DNA of 64,000 nt, from NCBI GenBank assembly GCA_039194325.1, contig JBCCWC010000006.1, forward strand, positions 1 through 64,000, written 5' to 3'. Source of the DNA: Myxococcota bacterium (GTDB lineage: Bacteria > Myxococcota_A > Polyangia > Nannocystales > Nannocystaceae). Positions 7,520 through 17,204 of this stretch are shown here, piece by piece. The notes beneath the pieces are model-generated. The model had not been told where the DNA came from and searched no databases. It was given only the letters and a program-made list of their open reading frames with translations. Every line of letters begins with the position of its first letter. The stretch's first letter is position 1. Position numbers and translations under genes: made by a program.

Positions 7520-9565
7520 ATGACTCCGCACCGTCGCGCCCCCATTCTCGCCCCCATTTTCGCCCCCATTCTCGCCCGTCGTCTTCACCTCTTCTTCATG
7601 CTTGGCACCTTCGCTTCAGGGTGCAGAGGCGAGGCCGAGGAGCACTCCCCGCCGCTCGAGCCACGAGTCTGGCTCGCCGATCTCGAGGCAGGTCTCGAGC
7701 TCCACTACACCTTCGAAGACCGCGCGGGCTCGACGATCACCGACATGTCCGGCCACTCCCGCGACGGGACGCTTCAGGACGGCTCGTTCGCGCCTTCGCC
7801 GTGGGGTGAGGCGGTCGTGCTCGACGGCATCGACGATTACATCACCCTGGTGGGTCCGCGGGATCCCGCGCTCTACGGCGGCACCAACGGGGAGATGACC
7901 GTCCACGCCCGCGTTCGCGTCGCCGACGTCGACAAGCTCAACGCGCTTTGCTTTGGCTGTGGCCCGTGGAACACCACATATGTGGGCACCGACAACCACG
8001 GCCCGCGTGTGCTGTCGGCGATCTACAACCAAGCCACGACGGGGAAGCTCTGGCCGCTGTCGACGTCGGCCCTGGTCAACGACACATGGGTCGACGTCAC
8101 GATGATCGTGGAAGGAAGCGTCAACGTGCGCTACTACCTCGACTGCGAGCTCGACACCGTGTTCGCCCACGCGGACCTAGGGCTCCACGACTATGGATAC
8201 TCCTCGATCGGCGAAGGGGCTTCGTCGTCGACATGGTTCGAGGGGGAGATCGACGATCTGAGGATCTGGAATCGTGCCCTCTCCGACGACGAGCTGCTGC
8301 TCGCCTGCAGCCGCCCCTCGGACGAGCTGTGCGGGGGGGCAACCGAAGGGCCGAGCCTCGTCACCCCTCCCACCCCTCCCTCCTCCTACACGCCGCCGAG
8401 CGTGGCGCTACCCCACGTCACCAGCGTGACCGACGCTGCGGGCTTGGAGACGGCCGTCAACAGCGGCCTGTACACCGACATCATCCTCGCGGACGGCCCG
8501 TACGATCACGCCGACCTTACCGGCGACTGGCTGCAGATCCGCGGGCACCGGCTGTGGGCGCACAGCGTCGGCGGCGCGGTGCTCAACTTCGGAATCAGCG
8601 CGGGCGGCAACAATGGCGGCGCATATGACTTTAGCGGACCCGAGCTCCATGGTCTCGTCTTCGACATCGACGACACCGCCCACGCGCCCGATTCCGGCGG
8701 GCCTGGAGGCGCGACCGATGGGATCTGTGCGTTCCTCACCTGGGGCGACGCCGCCGATGCCGTCGTCGAGGACTCGACGTTCAACGGAAACAGCGTCATC
8801 GACATTGCGATCTTCGCCTCCCAGCTCGAGGGTCTCTCGATCGCTCGCGTGGAGATCGACGACTTCGATCGCTTCGGGATCTCGGCGCAAGACAGCAACT
8901 CGTCGTCACTCGTCCACCCGATCTCCATGACGGACATCTCGATCCGTCGCATCGGCGATCCGGATTGCTGGGGCGTGGAGGAGGCGGTGTGCGGCTTCTA
9001 CCCCGGCACGCAGGAGAACGCGATCCACCTCGGTGACACGGCGGTCCTGGACCGGATCTTCATCCGCGACGCGCGGGCGAGCGGTGTCGCCCTGGGGGGC
9101 GAGACGAACGGGACCGATCTATCGAACCTCGACATCGACCGGATCGGGGTGGGTCACTCCATCATGGGCGTTGGCGTGTACTTCGAGAGAACGACGCGCA
9201 ATACGGAGCTCGAGGGCTTCTGCGTCGGGCCCCACACGCGGGTCGGCGTCAACTCGGAGTGGGACCACAACGTGGCCCCACGGGGCATCTCCAACGTCGT
9301 CCGCGATGGCCTGGTCGAGTCGTCGTTCGTCGGCGTGCACGCGGACCAAGGGACCGTTGACTTCGAGGTCCACGACGTCACGTTCCGCGGCTACAGCCGC
9401 GCGGGCATCATCATGCACAACAACCTCGCGGCCGAGCTCGACTGGCCCAGCTACGACGACGGCGGCACGCAGCACAACAATACGTTCGAGGAGGTACAGA
9501 TCAACGGTCAGATCTGCGACTTCACGCGAGACCACTGGAACGACTCCACGCCGAGCTGTGAGTAG
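7520..9565 (+). CDS. Lipoprotein with LamG/concanavalin-like domain and right-handed beta-helix domain
   Basis: FASGC lipobox; HYTFED...DMSGHSRDG...FEGEIDDLRIWNRALS (LamG); C-terminal beta-helix-like repeats. Start uncertain. Confidence 0.75.
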   Translation: MTPHRRAPILAPIFAPILARRLHLFFMLGTFASGCRGEAEEHSPPLEPRVWLADLEAGLELHYTFEDRAGSTITDMSGHSRDGTLQDGSFAPSPWGEAVVLDGIDDYITLVGPRDPALYGGTNGEMTVHARVRVADVDKLNALCFGCGPWNTTYVGTDNHGPRVLSAIYNQATTGKLWPLSTSALVNDTWVDVTMIVEGSVNVRYYLDCELDTVFAHADLGLHDYGYSSIGEGASSSTWFEGEIDDLRIWNRALSDDELLLACSRPSDELCGGATEGPSLVTPPTPPSSYTPPSVALPHVTSVTDAAGLETAVNSGLYTDIILADGPYDHADLTGDWLQIRGHRLWAHSVGGAVLNFGISAGGNNGGAYDFSGPELHGLVFDIDDTAHAPDSGGPGGATDGICAFLTWGDAADAVVEDSTFNGNSVIDIAIFASQLEGLSIARVEIDDFDRFGISAQDSNSSSLVHPISMTDISIRRIGDPDCWGVEEAVCGFYPGTQENAIHLGDTAVLDRIFIRDARASGVALGGETNGTDLSNLDIDRIGVGHSIMGVGVYFERTTRNTELEGFCVGPHTRVGVNSEWDHNVAPRGISNVVRDGLVESSFVGVHADQGTVDFEVHDVTFRGYSRAGIIMHNNLAAELDWPSYDDGGTQHNNTFEEVQINGQICDFTRDHWNDSTPSCE

Positions 9566-9700
9566 CGGGTGGCCGCCGAGCGAGCGGCGGCCACCAGTTC
9601 GCTGCCTGTGGACCCACAGGATCCGTTGCTTGCTCCCGGGCAGACGCTGCGGATCTAGCGGAGCGCGACCCGATGAGATCGGCGGGAGATCCGACGCCGC

Positions 9701-10729
9701 TCAGAACATCGCGTGATCGCCCAGTTCCTGACCGGCGAGGCCCTCGCTGAGGACCCGGGCGTAGAAGTCGTGGAGCGTCTGCTCCCCGAACGAAGGGGTC
9801 GCCTCGGCGTCGTAGCGACCCGCCACCTCGTCCCACACGAGCATCGACTCGGTTGCATAAAAACGGCCGATCCGCGCGAATTCGGCCTTGTCGCGCAGCG
9901 GCGGTACCACGCGGGACAGAGCGCCCAGCGTCGCGACAATCGCATCGAATAGGCGGATCGGTACGTGGCGAAAGCGGGGGGTCCGACCGCAGAGGGCAAA
10001 GAGCAGCTCGCCCTGCTGTCGCGGGGTGATCGGCGGCCCCGGGCCCCCCACGGGCAGGATCGCGTTGCGCCGCTCCGGATCGTCGAGACAATCGGCGAGG
10101 AACCGAGCAAGATCGGCCTCGCCGATCGGCTTGCAGGCGGTCAGCTCACCGTCGCCGAAGACCACGAAGGGCTTACCCTTCTTGACCGCCTCCACCTGGC
10201 CCGAGAGCGACTTGAAGAACGCGGTCGGGCGAACGATGGAGTAGTCGAGCCCCGAGGACACAAGCGCCTCCTCGAACGCCAGCTTGGCCCGCTGGAACTC
10301 CAACTTCGGCGTTTGCACGCAGATCGCGGAGAGCAAGACGAAGTGCTCGACCCCGGTACGCGCGGCGGCTTGCAGCACGTTGAGGTTGGCCCGGTGCTCG
10401 ACCTGCCAGGCGTCCTTCACCCCGCCCGTCCGAGTGGCGAGGCAAGAGACGATGGCATCGAAACGATCGTCACCAAGACCATCCCGCGCAACGGAGGCCG
10501 GATCGGTGACGTCGCCAAAGCGGAGCTGAGCCCCCGCGAGCGCTCGCTGCGTGGCCGCCTCGTCCATCGCCCCGCCGACCCCGGCACGCCGACGTACGAG
10601 GCACACCACCGCATGCCCCCGCGAGACGAGCTCACGCACGACGTGCCGCCCGATGTAGCCGGTGGCCCCGACGACGAGCAGGCGGCGAGGACGGCGAGAG
10701 CGGTGAGAGGGCCCAGGGGTGTCGGTCAC
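9701..10729 (-). CDS. bciA: Divinyl (proto)chlorophyllide 8-vinyl reductase-like NAD(P)H-binding protein (BciA/DVR family)
   Basis: GATGYIG; LLSAICVQxPxLEFQRAKLxFE; SIVRPTAFFKS; FGDGELTACKPI; AEFARIGRFYATESMLVWD; C-terminal GLAGQELGDHAMF. All recalled as characteristic of BciA. Confidence 0.82.
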   Translation of the reverse strand: MTDTPGPSHRSRRPRRLLVVGATGYIGRHVVRELVSRGHAVVCLVRRRAGVGGAMDEAATQRALAGAQLRFGDVTDPASVARDGLGDDRFDAIVSCLATRTGGVKDAWQVEHRANLNVLQAAARTGVEHFVLLSAICVQTPKLEFQRAKLAFEEALVSSGLDYSIVRPTAFFKSLSGQVEAVKKGKPFVVFGDGELTACKPIGEADLARFLADCLDDPERRNAILPVGGPGPPITPRQQGELLFALCGRTPRFRHVPIRLFDAIVATLGALSRVVPPLRDKAEFARIGRFYATESMLVWDEVAGRYDAEATPSFGEQTLHDFYARVLSEGLAGQELGDHAMF

Positions 10730-10737
10730 TCGCTCCA

Positions 10738-10974
10738 GGTCTACCGACCCGCGACGGGGCCGTCGAGTTCGAACTGGCGCTGCACCTTCTGTGGCGCCGC
10801 CTGGCTGAGCACTGCCCGGGCGAGGCGCTCGCGCTGCTCGGCGACCCGCAGATCGGCGTCGACGAGGTGGCGTTCGTGCTCGACTACTCCTCGGCGCGAG
10901 CCTTCCGCCGCGCGTGCATCCGCTGGACGGGGCTGCCGCCCTCGGAGCTGCGGGCCCAGCTTGCCTCGGGCTGA
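10738..10974 (+). pseudogene. Internally deleted AraC-family regulator remnant
   Basis: Start-less frame GLPTRDGAVEFELALHLLWRRLAEHCPGE joined to the HTH end ALLGDPQIGVDEVAFVLDYSSARAFRRACIRWTGLPPSELR. Confidence 0.75.
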
Positions 10975-11066
10975 GAGTGGGACGCGATCCCTACTGACGC
11001 CGTCCTGTCAGGAGTCCCTCCGCGAGGCTCGAAAGCACCGGCAGAGGGTGGCAAGCTCGGTGGACC

Positions 11067-14000
11067 GTGGATGCGTTCTCGCCGCCCACCCGCGCGTGGT
11101 TTGACCAGAGCTTCGACGGGCCTACCCCGGTGCAAGCCCAGGGCTGGCCACGAATAGCGGCCGGAGACCACTGCCTGCTGATCGCCCCCACCGGCAGCGG
11201 CAAGACCCTGGCCGCGTTCTTGTCGTGCATCGATCGGCTCATCCGCAGCACCGAGCGCGAGGCCGGGGTCAAGGTGCTCTACATCTCGCCCCTCAAGGCG
11301 CTGGCGTACGACGTGGAGCGCAACCTCCGGTCGCCGCTGGTCGGCATCGCCCGCACGGCCGAGCTGTCGGGACGACCGGTGCTGCCCCCGCGGGTCGACA
11401 TCCGCACCGGGGACACCTCCCCCAAGATGCGTCGCCAGCAGGCCCGCGACCCCGGCGACATCCTGGTCACCACCCCCGAGTCGCTCTACCTCATCTTGGG
11501 CTCGCAGGCCCGCGAGACGCTGGAGACGGTGAACACGGTCATCGTCGACGAGGTGCACGCGCTCGCCCCCAGCAAGCGTGGCGCCCACCTGTCGCTGTCG
11601 CTCGAGCGCCTCACCGAGCTGTGCCGCGCCGAGCCCCAGCGGCTGGGGCTGTCGGCCACCGCCAAGCCGCTGCAAGACGTGGCCCGCTTCCTGGGCGGCG
11701 ACCGACAGGTGAGCATCGTCGATACCAGCCAGGCGCCCAATATCGATCTACAGATCATCGTGCCCGTGCCCGACATGACCCGGCCCGCCGAAGGGCTCGT
11801 GCGTATGCTAGCGGAGTACGACGCGGAAGAAGGGATAAGCGGCAGAAGCGACGGAATGCTCGGCAGCGAGTCGCGGGAGCTCGACGTACGGCCCGGTGAC
11901 GTGTCGGTGCCCCCACCAACCCCGCCCGATGAGTACGAGTTCGATCTTCGAGCCGCCGGGCTCGAGCCCGAGGATCTCGCCCCCTCCCCCAGCCGCCTCC
12001 TCGCCGAGCAGCAGCGCGCGACGGTGGCCGCTCGCTGGGTGCGCAAGCGAGGCGAGGGCTCGCCGTACCCGCCGTCGCCAACACCGACGCCCTCCCCCCG
12101 CGCGGGCTCAGTCGTCGTGCCCGCCCCCGCCCCCACCGGCGAGTCACCCGAGCACAGCATCTGGCCGGCGGTCTACCCTCGGCTGCTCGATCTGATCGCC
12201 GAGCACCGCACCACCATCGTGTTCGTCAACTCGCGAGGGCTGTGCGAGCGCCTGGCCCAGCGCCTCAACGAGCTGACCGGCGAGGACGTGGTCCGGGCTC
12301 ACCACGGCAGCGTCTCCCACCGCCAGCGCGCCCAGATCGAGCAAATGCTCAAGGCGGGACAGATCCGCGCGATCGTGGCCACCAGCTCGCTCGAACTGGG
12401 GATCGACATGGGCACCGTCGACCTGGTGGTGCTGGTGGAGTCGCCCGGCGCCGTCTCGCGCGGCCTGCAACGCGTGGGCCGGGCCGGGCACGGCGTGGGG
12501 CAGACCAGCGTGGGGCGGCTATTTCCCAAGCACCGCGGCGATCTGCTGGAGAGCGCGGTGGTGGCCCGACGCATGCGCGAAGGCGCGATCGAGCCGCTGC
12601 GCGTGCCCCAAAACCCGCTGGACGTGCTCGCCCAGCAGATCGTCGCCATGTGCAGCGTGGAGACCTGGGGCTTGCCCCGCCTCGAACGGGTGATCCGACG
12701 CAGCGCCTGCTTTGCCCAGCTGCCCCCCGACGCGCTGACCGGTGTGCTCGACATGCTCGCCGGTCGCTACCCCTCGGGGGCGTTCGCCGACCTGCGCCCG
12801 CGGGTGGTGTGGAACCGCGACACCGACGAGCTCTCGGGGCGGCGCGGATCCAAGATGCTCTCGCTGGTCAGCGGCGGCACGATCCCCAACCGCGGCACCT
12901 ACGGGATGTTCTTGGGCGAGGGCGGGCCTCGGGTGGGTGAGCTCGACGAGGAGATGGTCCACGAGACGCTCCCCGGCCAGAACATCATGCTGGGCGCGAG
13001 CACCTGGCGGGTGGAGCACATCACCCGCGACCGGGTGATCGTGACTCCGGCGCCTGGTGAGCCGGGCCGGCTGCCCTTTTGGCGCGGAGACGGGCCCGGT
13101 CGCCCGATTGAGCTAGGCCGGGCCCTGGGCTCGTTCACCCGCGAGGTGGGCACCCGCAACCGAGAGGATGCCGAACCCTGGCTGCAGCGTGAGTACGGCC
13201 TGGACGAGCTGGCCGCCAAGAACCTGGTGGACTACGTGCACGAGCAGCGAGAGGTCTGCGGCGTGCTGCCTACCGATCGTGCGATCACCATCGAGCGCTT
13301 CCGCGATGAGCTGGGCGACTGGCGGGTCTGCATCCTCAGCCCTCTGGGTGCCCGGGTCCACGCCCCCTGGGCCCTGGCCCTGCAGACCCGGCTCGAGGCT
13401 CACTTCGGCTTCGAGGTGCAGGCGCTGTGGAGCGACGACGGGATCGTGCTGCGCCTGGTCGAGGTGGACGAAATACCCTCGCTCGACCTGCTGCTGCCCC
13501 CGCCCGACGAGGTGGAAGAGCAGGTGGTGGAGCAGCTGGCCCACTCGGCGCTGTTCTCGGGGCAGTTTCGCGAGAACGCGGCGCGGGCCCTGCTGCTGCC
13601 GCGCAAGCGGCCCGACCAGCGCCAGCCGCTGTGGGCCCAGCGGCTCAAGTCCCAACAATTGCTGGCGGTGGCGCGCGAGTACCCGGCGTTCCCCATCATC
13701 ATGGAGACCTACCGCGCGTGCCTGCAAGACGTGTTCGACCTGCCGGCCCTGGTCGAGCTGATGGGCGGGATCCAGCGCCGCGAGATCCGAGTGGACGAGG
13801 TGGAGACCCCCTCGCCTTCGCCCTTCGCCCGCTCGCTGGTCTTCGCCTACGTGGCCACCTACCTCTACGAAGGCGACGCGCCGCTGGCCGAGCGCAAGGC
13901 CCAGGCGCTGGCCCTCGACCGCCAGCTGCTGCGCGAGCTGCTGGGCCACGAGGAGCTGCGCGAGCTGCTCGACGCCACGGTGATCGACACGGTGCACGCC

Positions 14001-15761
14001 GAGCAGCAAGGCCTGGCCGAGGGCCGACAGGCGCGGCACCCCGACGGGCTGCACGATCTGCTGCGCCGGGTGGGCGACCTGAGCGACCAAGAGCTCGCGG
14101 TCCGCTGCACCGAAGATCCCACGCCGTGGCTACAAGTGCTCGACCACTCGCGCCGCGCAATCAACCTGCGGGTGGCCGGGCAGCCGCGGTGGATCGCGAT
14201 CGAAGACGCGGGGCTCTACCGCGACGCGCTGGGCTGCCTGCCGCCCCCCGGCCTGCCCGACGTGTTCCTCGAGGACGTACCCGACGCGCTCGACGCCCTG
14301 GTCGGTCGCTTTGCCCGGACGCACGGGCCCTTCGTGACCGACGCCGTGGCCCAGCGCTATGCCCTGCCCCGCGCCAAGGTCGAGGACGCGCTGCGCCGGC
14401 TCGAGTCCCAGGGCGTGGTGCTCGGCGGGGAGTTCCGGCCCGGAGGGCGCGGGCGCGAGTGGTGTGACACCGAGCTGCTGCGGCAGATCAAGCGTCGCAC
14501 CCTGGCCCGGCTGCGCGGCGAGATCGCCCCGGTGGAGGCGGCGGCGCTCGGTCGCTTCTTGCCCGCCTGGCACGGGATCGGCGAAGGTCGCCGCGGGATC
14601 GCCCGTCTCGAAGAAGTGCTGGTGCAGCTCGAGGGTCACCCCCTGTCCTACGCCGAGCTCGAGTCGGTGATCCTCCCCGCCCGGGTGGCCGACTTCAGCC
14701 CCCGCATGCTCGACGAGCTGGGCGCCATGGGCTGGCTGGTGTGGGTGGGCTGCGGCTCGCTGGGCAAGACCGACGGCCGGGTCGCGCTCTACCGGCGCGA
14801 GCGGGTGGGTCAGCTGCTCGACCCCCCCGCGCCGCCCCAAGACACCGAGCTCGACGCGCTGCACGAGTCGATCCTGGGGCACCTCGAGCAGCGAGGCGCA
14901 TGCTTCATGGTGGAGCTGAGCTCCGCCTGCGGGGTGAACACAGGCAGCGACGAGCTCCGCGAGGCGCTGTGGGATCTCGTTTGGTGGGGCCTGGTCACCA
15001 ATGACACCTTCGCCGCCCTTCGAGCCCACGGCCGGCCCACCCGCGGGCGAAGGGTGGGCCGCGGGAGCCGAGCGTCGAGCGGAGGTGGCGGGCGCTGGTC
15101 GCTCGTTCGCGATCTGTTGCCCAAGCACGTCGACCCCACCACCCGTGCTCACGCTCGGGCGGTGACCCTGCTCGAACGCCACGGCCTGGTCACCCGCGAG
15201 GCGGCCAGCCTGGAGGAATTGCCCGGGGGCTTTACCGCCGTCTATCGGGTGCTCAAGGCCATGGAGGAGGCCGGCAAGGTGCGACGCGGCTACTTCGTCG
15301 AGCAGCTCGGCGGGGCCCAGTTTGCCTCGCCTGGCGCGGTCGACCGCATTCGCTCGGTCCGCGACCCCGACGAGGACGACACGGTGGTCGTGCTGTCGGC
15401 TGTCGACCCCGCCAACCCCTACGGATGGTTGCTGCCTTGGCCCGTGCGTGGCGACGCCCCCGCCCGCGGTGGACCCCGGCGCGTGGCCGGAGCCAGCGTG
15501 GTGCTCGTGGGGGGCGAGGTGGTGCTCTACATCGACCGCGGCGGCAAGCGGCTGCTCACCTTCCCCGCCGCCGACGACCCCGACCGGGCCACCCGAGCCG
15601 CTCGCGCCCTCGGCCCCGTTGCCGCGCGACGTCGCGGCCGAATGCTGCGGGTCGAGACCGTCGACGGCGAGCCCGCTCGCGGCTCGCCCCACGCCGATGC
15701 CCTGCGCAACGCCGACTTTCGCAGCGACGTGCGAGGGCTGGTGCTCGAGGCCCCACGGTAG
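11067..15761 (+). CDS. lhr: ATP-dependent helicase Lhr, long form with C-terminal winged-helix/glycosylase-like region
   Basis: APTGSGKT, YISPLKALAYDVERNL, DEVH, SAT, HHGS, ATSSLELGID, QRVGRAGH, PFWRGDG, VRRGYFVEQLGGAQF; 1564 aa. Confidence 0.95.
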   Translation: MDAFSPPTRAWFDQSFDGPTPVQAQGWPRIAAGDHCLLIAPTGSGKTLAAFLSCIDRLIRSTEREAGVKVLYISPLKALAYDVERNLRSPLVGIARTAELSGRPVLPPRVDIRTGDTSPKMRRQQARDPGDILVTTPESLYLILGSQARETLETVNTVIVDEVHALAPSKRGAHLSLSLERLTELCRAEPQRLGLSATAKPLQDVARFLGGDRQVSIVDTSQAPNIDLQIIVPVPDMTRPAEGLVRMLAEYDAEEGISGRSDGMLGSESRELDVRPGDVSVPPPTPPDEYEFDLRAAGLEPEDLAPSPSRLLAEQQRATVAARWVRKRGEGSPYPPSPTPTPSPRAGSVVVPAPAPTGESPEHSIWPAVYPRLLDLIAEHRTTIVFVNSRGLCERLAQRLNELTGEDVVRAHHGSVSHRQRAQIEQMLKAGQIRAIVATSSLELGIDMGTVDLVVLVESPGAVSRGLQRVGRAGHGVGQTSVGRLFPKHRGDLLESAVVARRMREGAIEPLRVPQNPLDVLAQQIVAMCSVETWGLPRLERVIRRSACFAQLPPDALTGVLDMLAGRYPSGAFADLRPRVVWNRDTDELSGRRGSKMLSLVSGGTIPNRGTYGMFLGEGGPRVGELDEEMVHETLPGQNIMLGASTWRVEHITRDRVIVTPAPGEPGRLPFWRGDGPGRPIELGRALGSFTREVGTRNREDAEPWLQREYGLDELAAKNLVDYVHEQREVCGVLPTDRAITIERFRDELGDWRVCILSPLGARVHAPWALALQTRLEAHFGFEVQALWSDDGIVLRLVEVDEIPSLDLLLPPPDEVEEQVVEQLAHSALFSGQFRENAARALLLPRKRPDQRQPLWAQRLKSQQLLAVAREYPAFPIIMETYRACLQDVFDLPALVELMGGIQRREIRVDEVETPSPSPFARSLVFAYVATYLYEGDAPLAERKAQALALDRQLLRELLGHEELRELLDATVIDTVHAEQQGLAEGRQARHPDGLHDLLRRVGDLSDQELAVRCTEDPTPWLQVLDHSRRAINLRVAGQPRWIAIEDAGLYRDALGCLPPPGLPDVFLEDVPDALDALVGRFARTHGPFVTDAVAQRYALPRAKVEDALRRLESQGVVLGGEFRPGGRGREWCDTELLRQIKRRTLARLRGEIAPVEAAALGRFLPAWHGIGEGRRGIARLEEVLVQLEGHPLSYAELESVILPARVADFSPRMLDELGAMGWLVWVGCGSLGKTDGRVALYRRERVGQLLDPPAPPQDTELDALHESILGHLEQRGACFMVELSSACGVNTGSDELREALWDLVWWGLVTNDTFAALRAHGRPTRGRRVGRGSRASSGGGGRWSLVRDLLPKHVDPTTRAHARAVTLLERHGLVTREAASLEELPGGFTAVYRVLKAMEEAGKVRRGYFVEQLGGAQFASPGAVDRIRSVRDPDEDDTVVVLSAVDPANPYGWLLPWPVRGDAPARGGPRRVAGASVVLVGGEVVLYIDRGGKRLLTFPAADDPDRATRAARALGPVAARRRGRMLRVETVDGEPARGSPHADALRNADFRSDVRGLVLEAPR

Positions 15762-15829
15762 GTCGAGCGCTCGCCGACGCGGGATCCCCTCGGTTGCTCG
15801 GCCGGGGCCCGCGGGGCATGGTGCTCTGC

Positions 15830-16357
15830 ATGGTGACACTCACCAGCGGCTCGGTCAGCGAGGAAGACTTCCTCGCCCTCCCCGGGTCGCACGATCGGCT
15901 CGAGCTCATCGACGGAGAAGTCACTTGGAGACCGCCGCCGACGCCCATGCACCAGATGATCGTCGCCCGCTTGTGTCGGCAAGTGGGGACATGGGCCGAC
16001 GCGAATCCTCCCGCATTCCTCGGGCTCTCTCCGCTCGACGTTCGGATCGCCCCTGGCCGCATCGTACAGCCCGATCTATTCCTCCTGCTCGGCGGCTTGC
16101 CCTCCCCCGAGGGACCGGTCGATCGGGTTCCCGATCTGGCCGTCGAGGTGCTCTCGCGTGATCGTGGATACGACCGCGTGACCAAGCGAGTGCTCTACGC
16201 CCAAGCTGGCGTCCACGAGTACTGGATCGTCGACCCGCTCCAGCGACGCATCGAGCTGTGCCAAGGTCTCGACCGCATCGAGGTCTTCACCGATCACATC
16301 GAGTCGACGGTCGCGTCCGGATTGCGGGTGGAGATCGAGCCATTGCTGTCGGCATAG
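15830..16357 (+). CDS. Uma2 family (PD-(D/E)XK-like) endonuclease
   Basis: ELIDG, PTPMHQ, VQPDL, PDLAVEVLS, KRVLYAQAGVHEYWIVDP. Confidence 0.9.
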   Translation: MVTLTSGSVSEEDFLALPGSHDRLELIDGEVTWRPPPTPMHQMIVARLCRQVGTWADANPPAFLGLSPLDVRIAPGRIVQPDLFLLLGGLPSPEGPVDRVPDLAVEVLSRDRGYDRVTKRVLYAQAGVHEYWIVDPLQRRIELCQGLDRIEVFTDHIESTVASGLRVEIEPLLSA

Positions 16358-16462
16358 GCGCCAACCTCTTCGGGTCGTTGCGTCCCACCCAGATCCGAGA
16401 CAAGGGTGGGTGAAAAACCCCACTTGTTCTCGTGTATCGTCCGTGCAACGCTAGTCATCGCC

Positions 16463-17074
16463 ATGTCGAAGGCGGTGCTCTACGACGAAATACTTGAGGT
16501 GCCGCGCGCGACCCGTTTCCCCGTCGAAATCTCTCCTCCCCCGGGGTTCGACCCCGAGCGACTCGAGACATGGCCCGAGGTCCATGGGCGGCTCGAGTTC
16601 GTCGATGGGAGGTTGCTTTTCATGGCACCGTGTGGAGATGAGCAGCAGTATACGGTCGCCGACGTGGTGATCTCACTTGGTGCCTGGCGACGTCACCATA
16701 CGGATTTCGTGCTGTCGACCAACGAGGCCGGAATGCGCCTGGGCAACGACACCCGAGCCGCCGACGCGGCCATATGGCGACGCAGCGATCTCGGGCCTCA
16801 TACCGGCGGCCTGCAGCGAACCCCCCCGTTGCTCGCGGTAGAGGTCGCCGGGCAAGACGACTCCGAGTCTCAGCTTCGCGATAAAGCAGCCTGGTATCTT
16901 GAGCACGGCGTCGAAGCGGTATGGCTGGTCCTACCGCGAACCCGGCGGGTCATCGTCATGACCACCAAGGGCACCGTCGAGCTCTCATCGAGCGAGCGGA
17001 TCCCCGAGCACCCTTCGCTGCCCGGCCTCAGCCCCATGGTCCGCGAGCTGTTCGTGCAGCTCGATGAAGATTGA
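16463..17074 (+). CDS. Uma2 family endonuclease
   Basis: LEFVDGRL, RAADAAIW, PLLAVEV, KAAWYLEHGVEAVWLV. Confidence 0.85.
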   Translation: MSKAVLYDEILEVPRATRFPVEISPPPGFDPERLETWPEVHGRLEFVDGRLLFMAPCGDEQQYTVADVVISLGAWRRHHTDFVLSTNEAGMRLGNDTRAADAAIWRRSDLGPHTGGLQRTPPLLAVEVAGQDDSESQLRDKAAWYLEHGVEAVWLVLPRTRRVIVMTTKGTVELSSSERIPEHPSLPGLSPMVRELFVQLDED

Positions 17075-17204
17075 ACGTCGTTCATCGCCGCGTTTCCTCG
17101 CAGTCCATGCATCCACGGCGCCACCGGCGCCACCAGCGCCGGCCCCGGTCTTTTCTTCTCCCCCACCGTGATCGTTTGCCCAACCGGGGGCACTTCCATC
17201 GACG

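Noticed and set aside
14130..15839. Long minus-strand ORF (also 24752-26497, 27068-28708, 39620-41374, 58286-59908)
   Set aside because: Typical high-GC antisense shadows over well-supported genes, with no recognisable motifs.
11067..17074. Lhr plus two Uma2 genes as a helicase-nuclease defence system
   Set aside because: Uma2 paralogues are abundant and scattered in myxobacteria and long Lhr is a repair enzyme; composition is host-like and there is no specific evidence of coupling.
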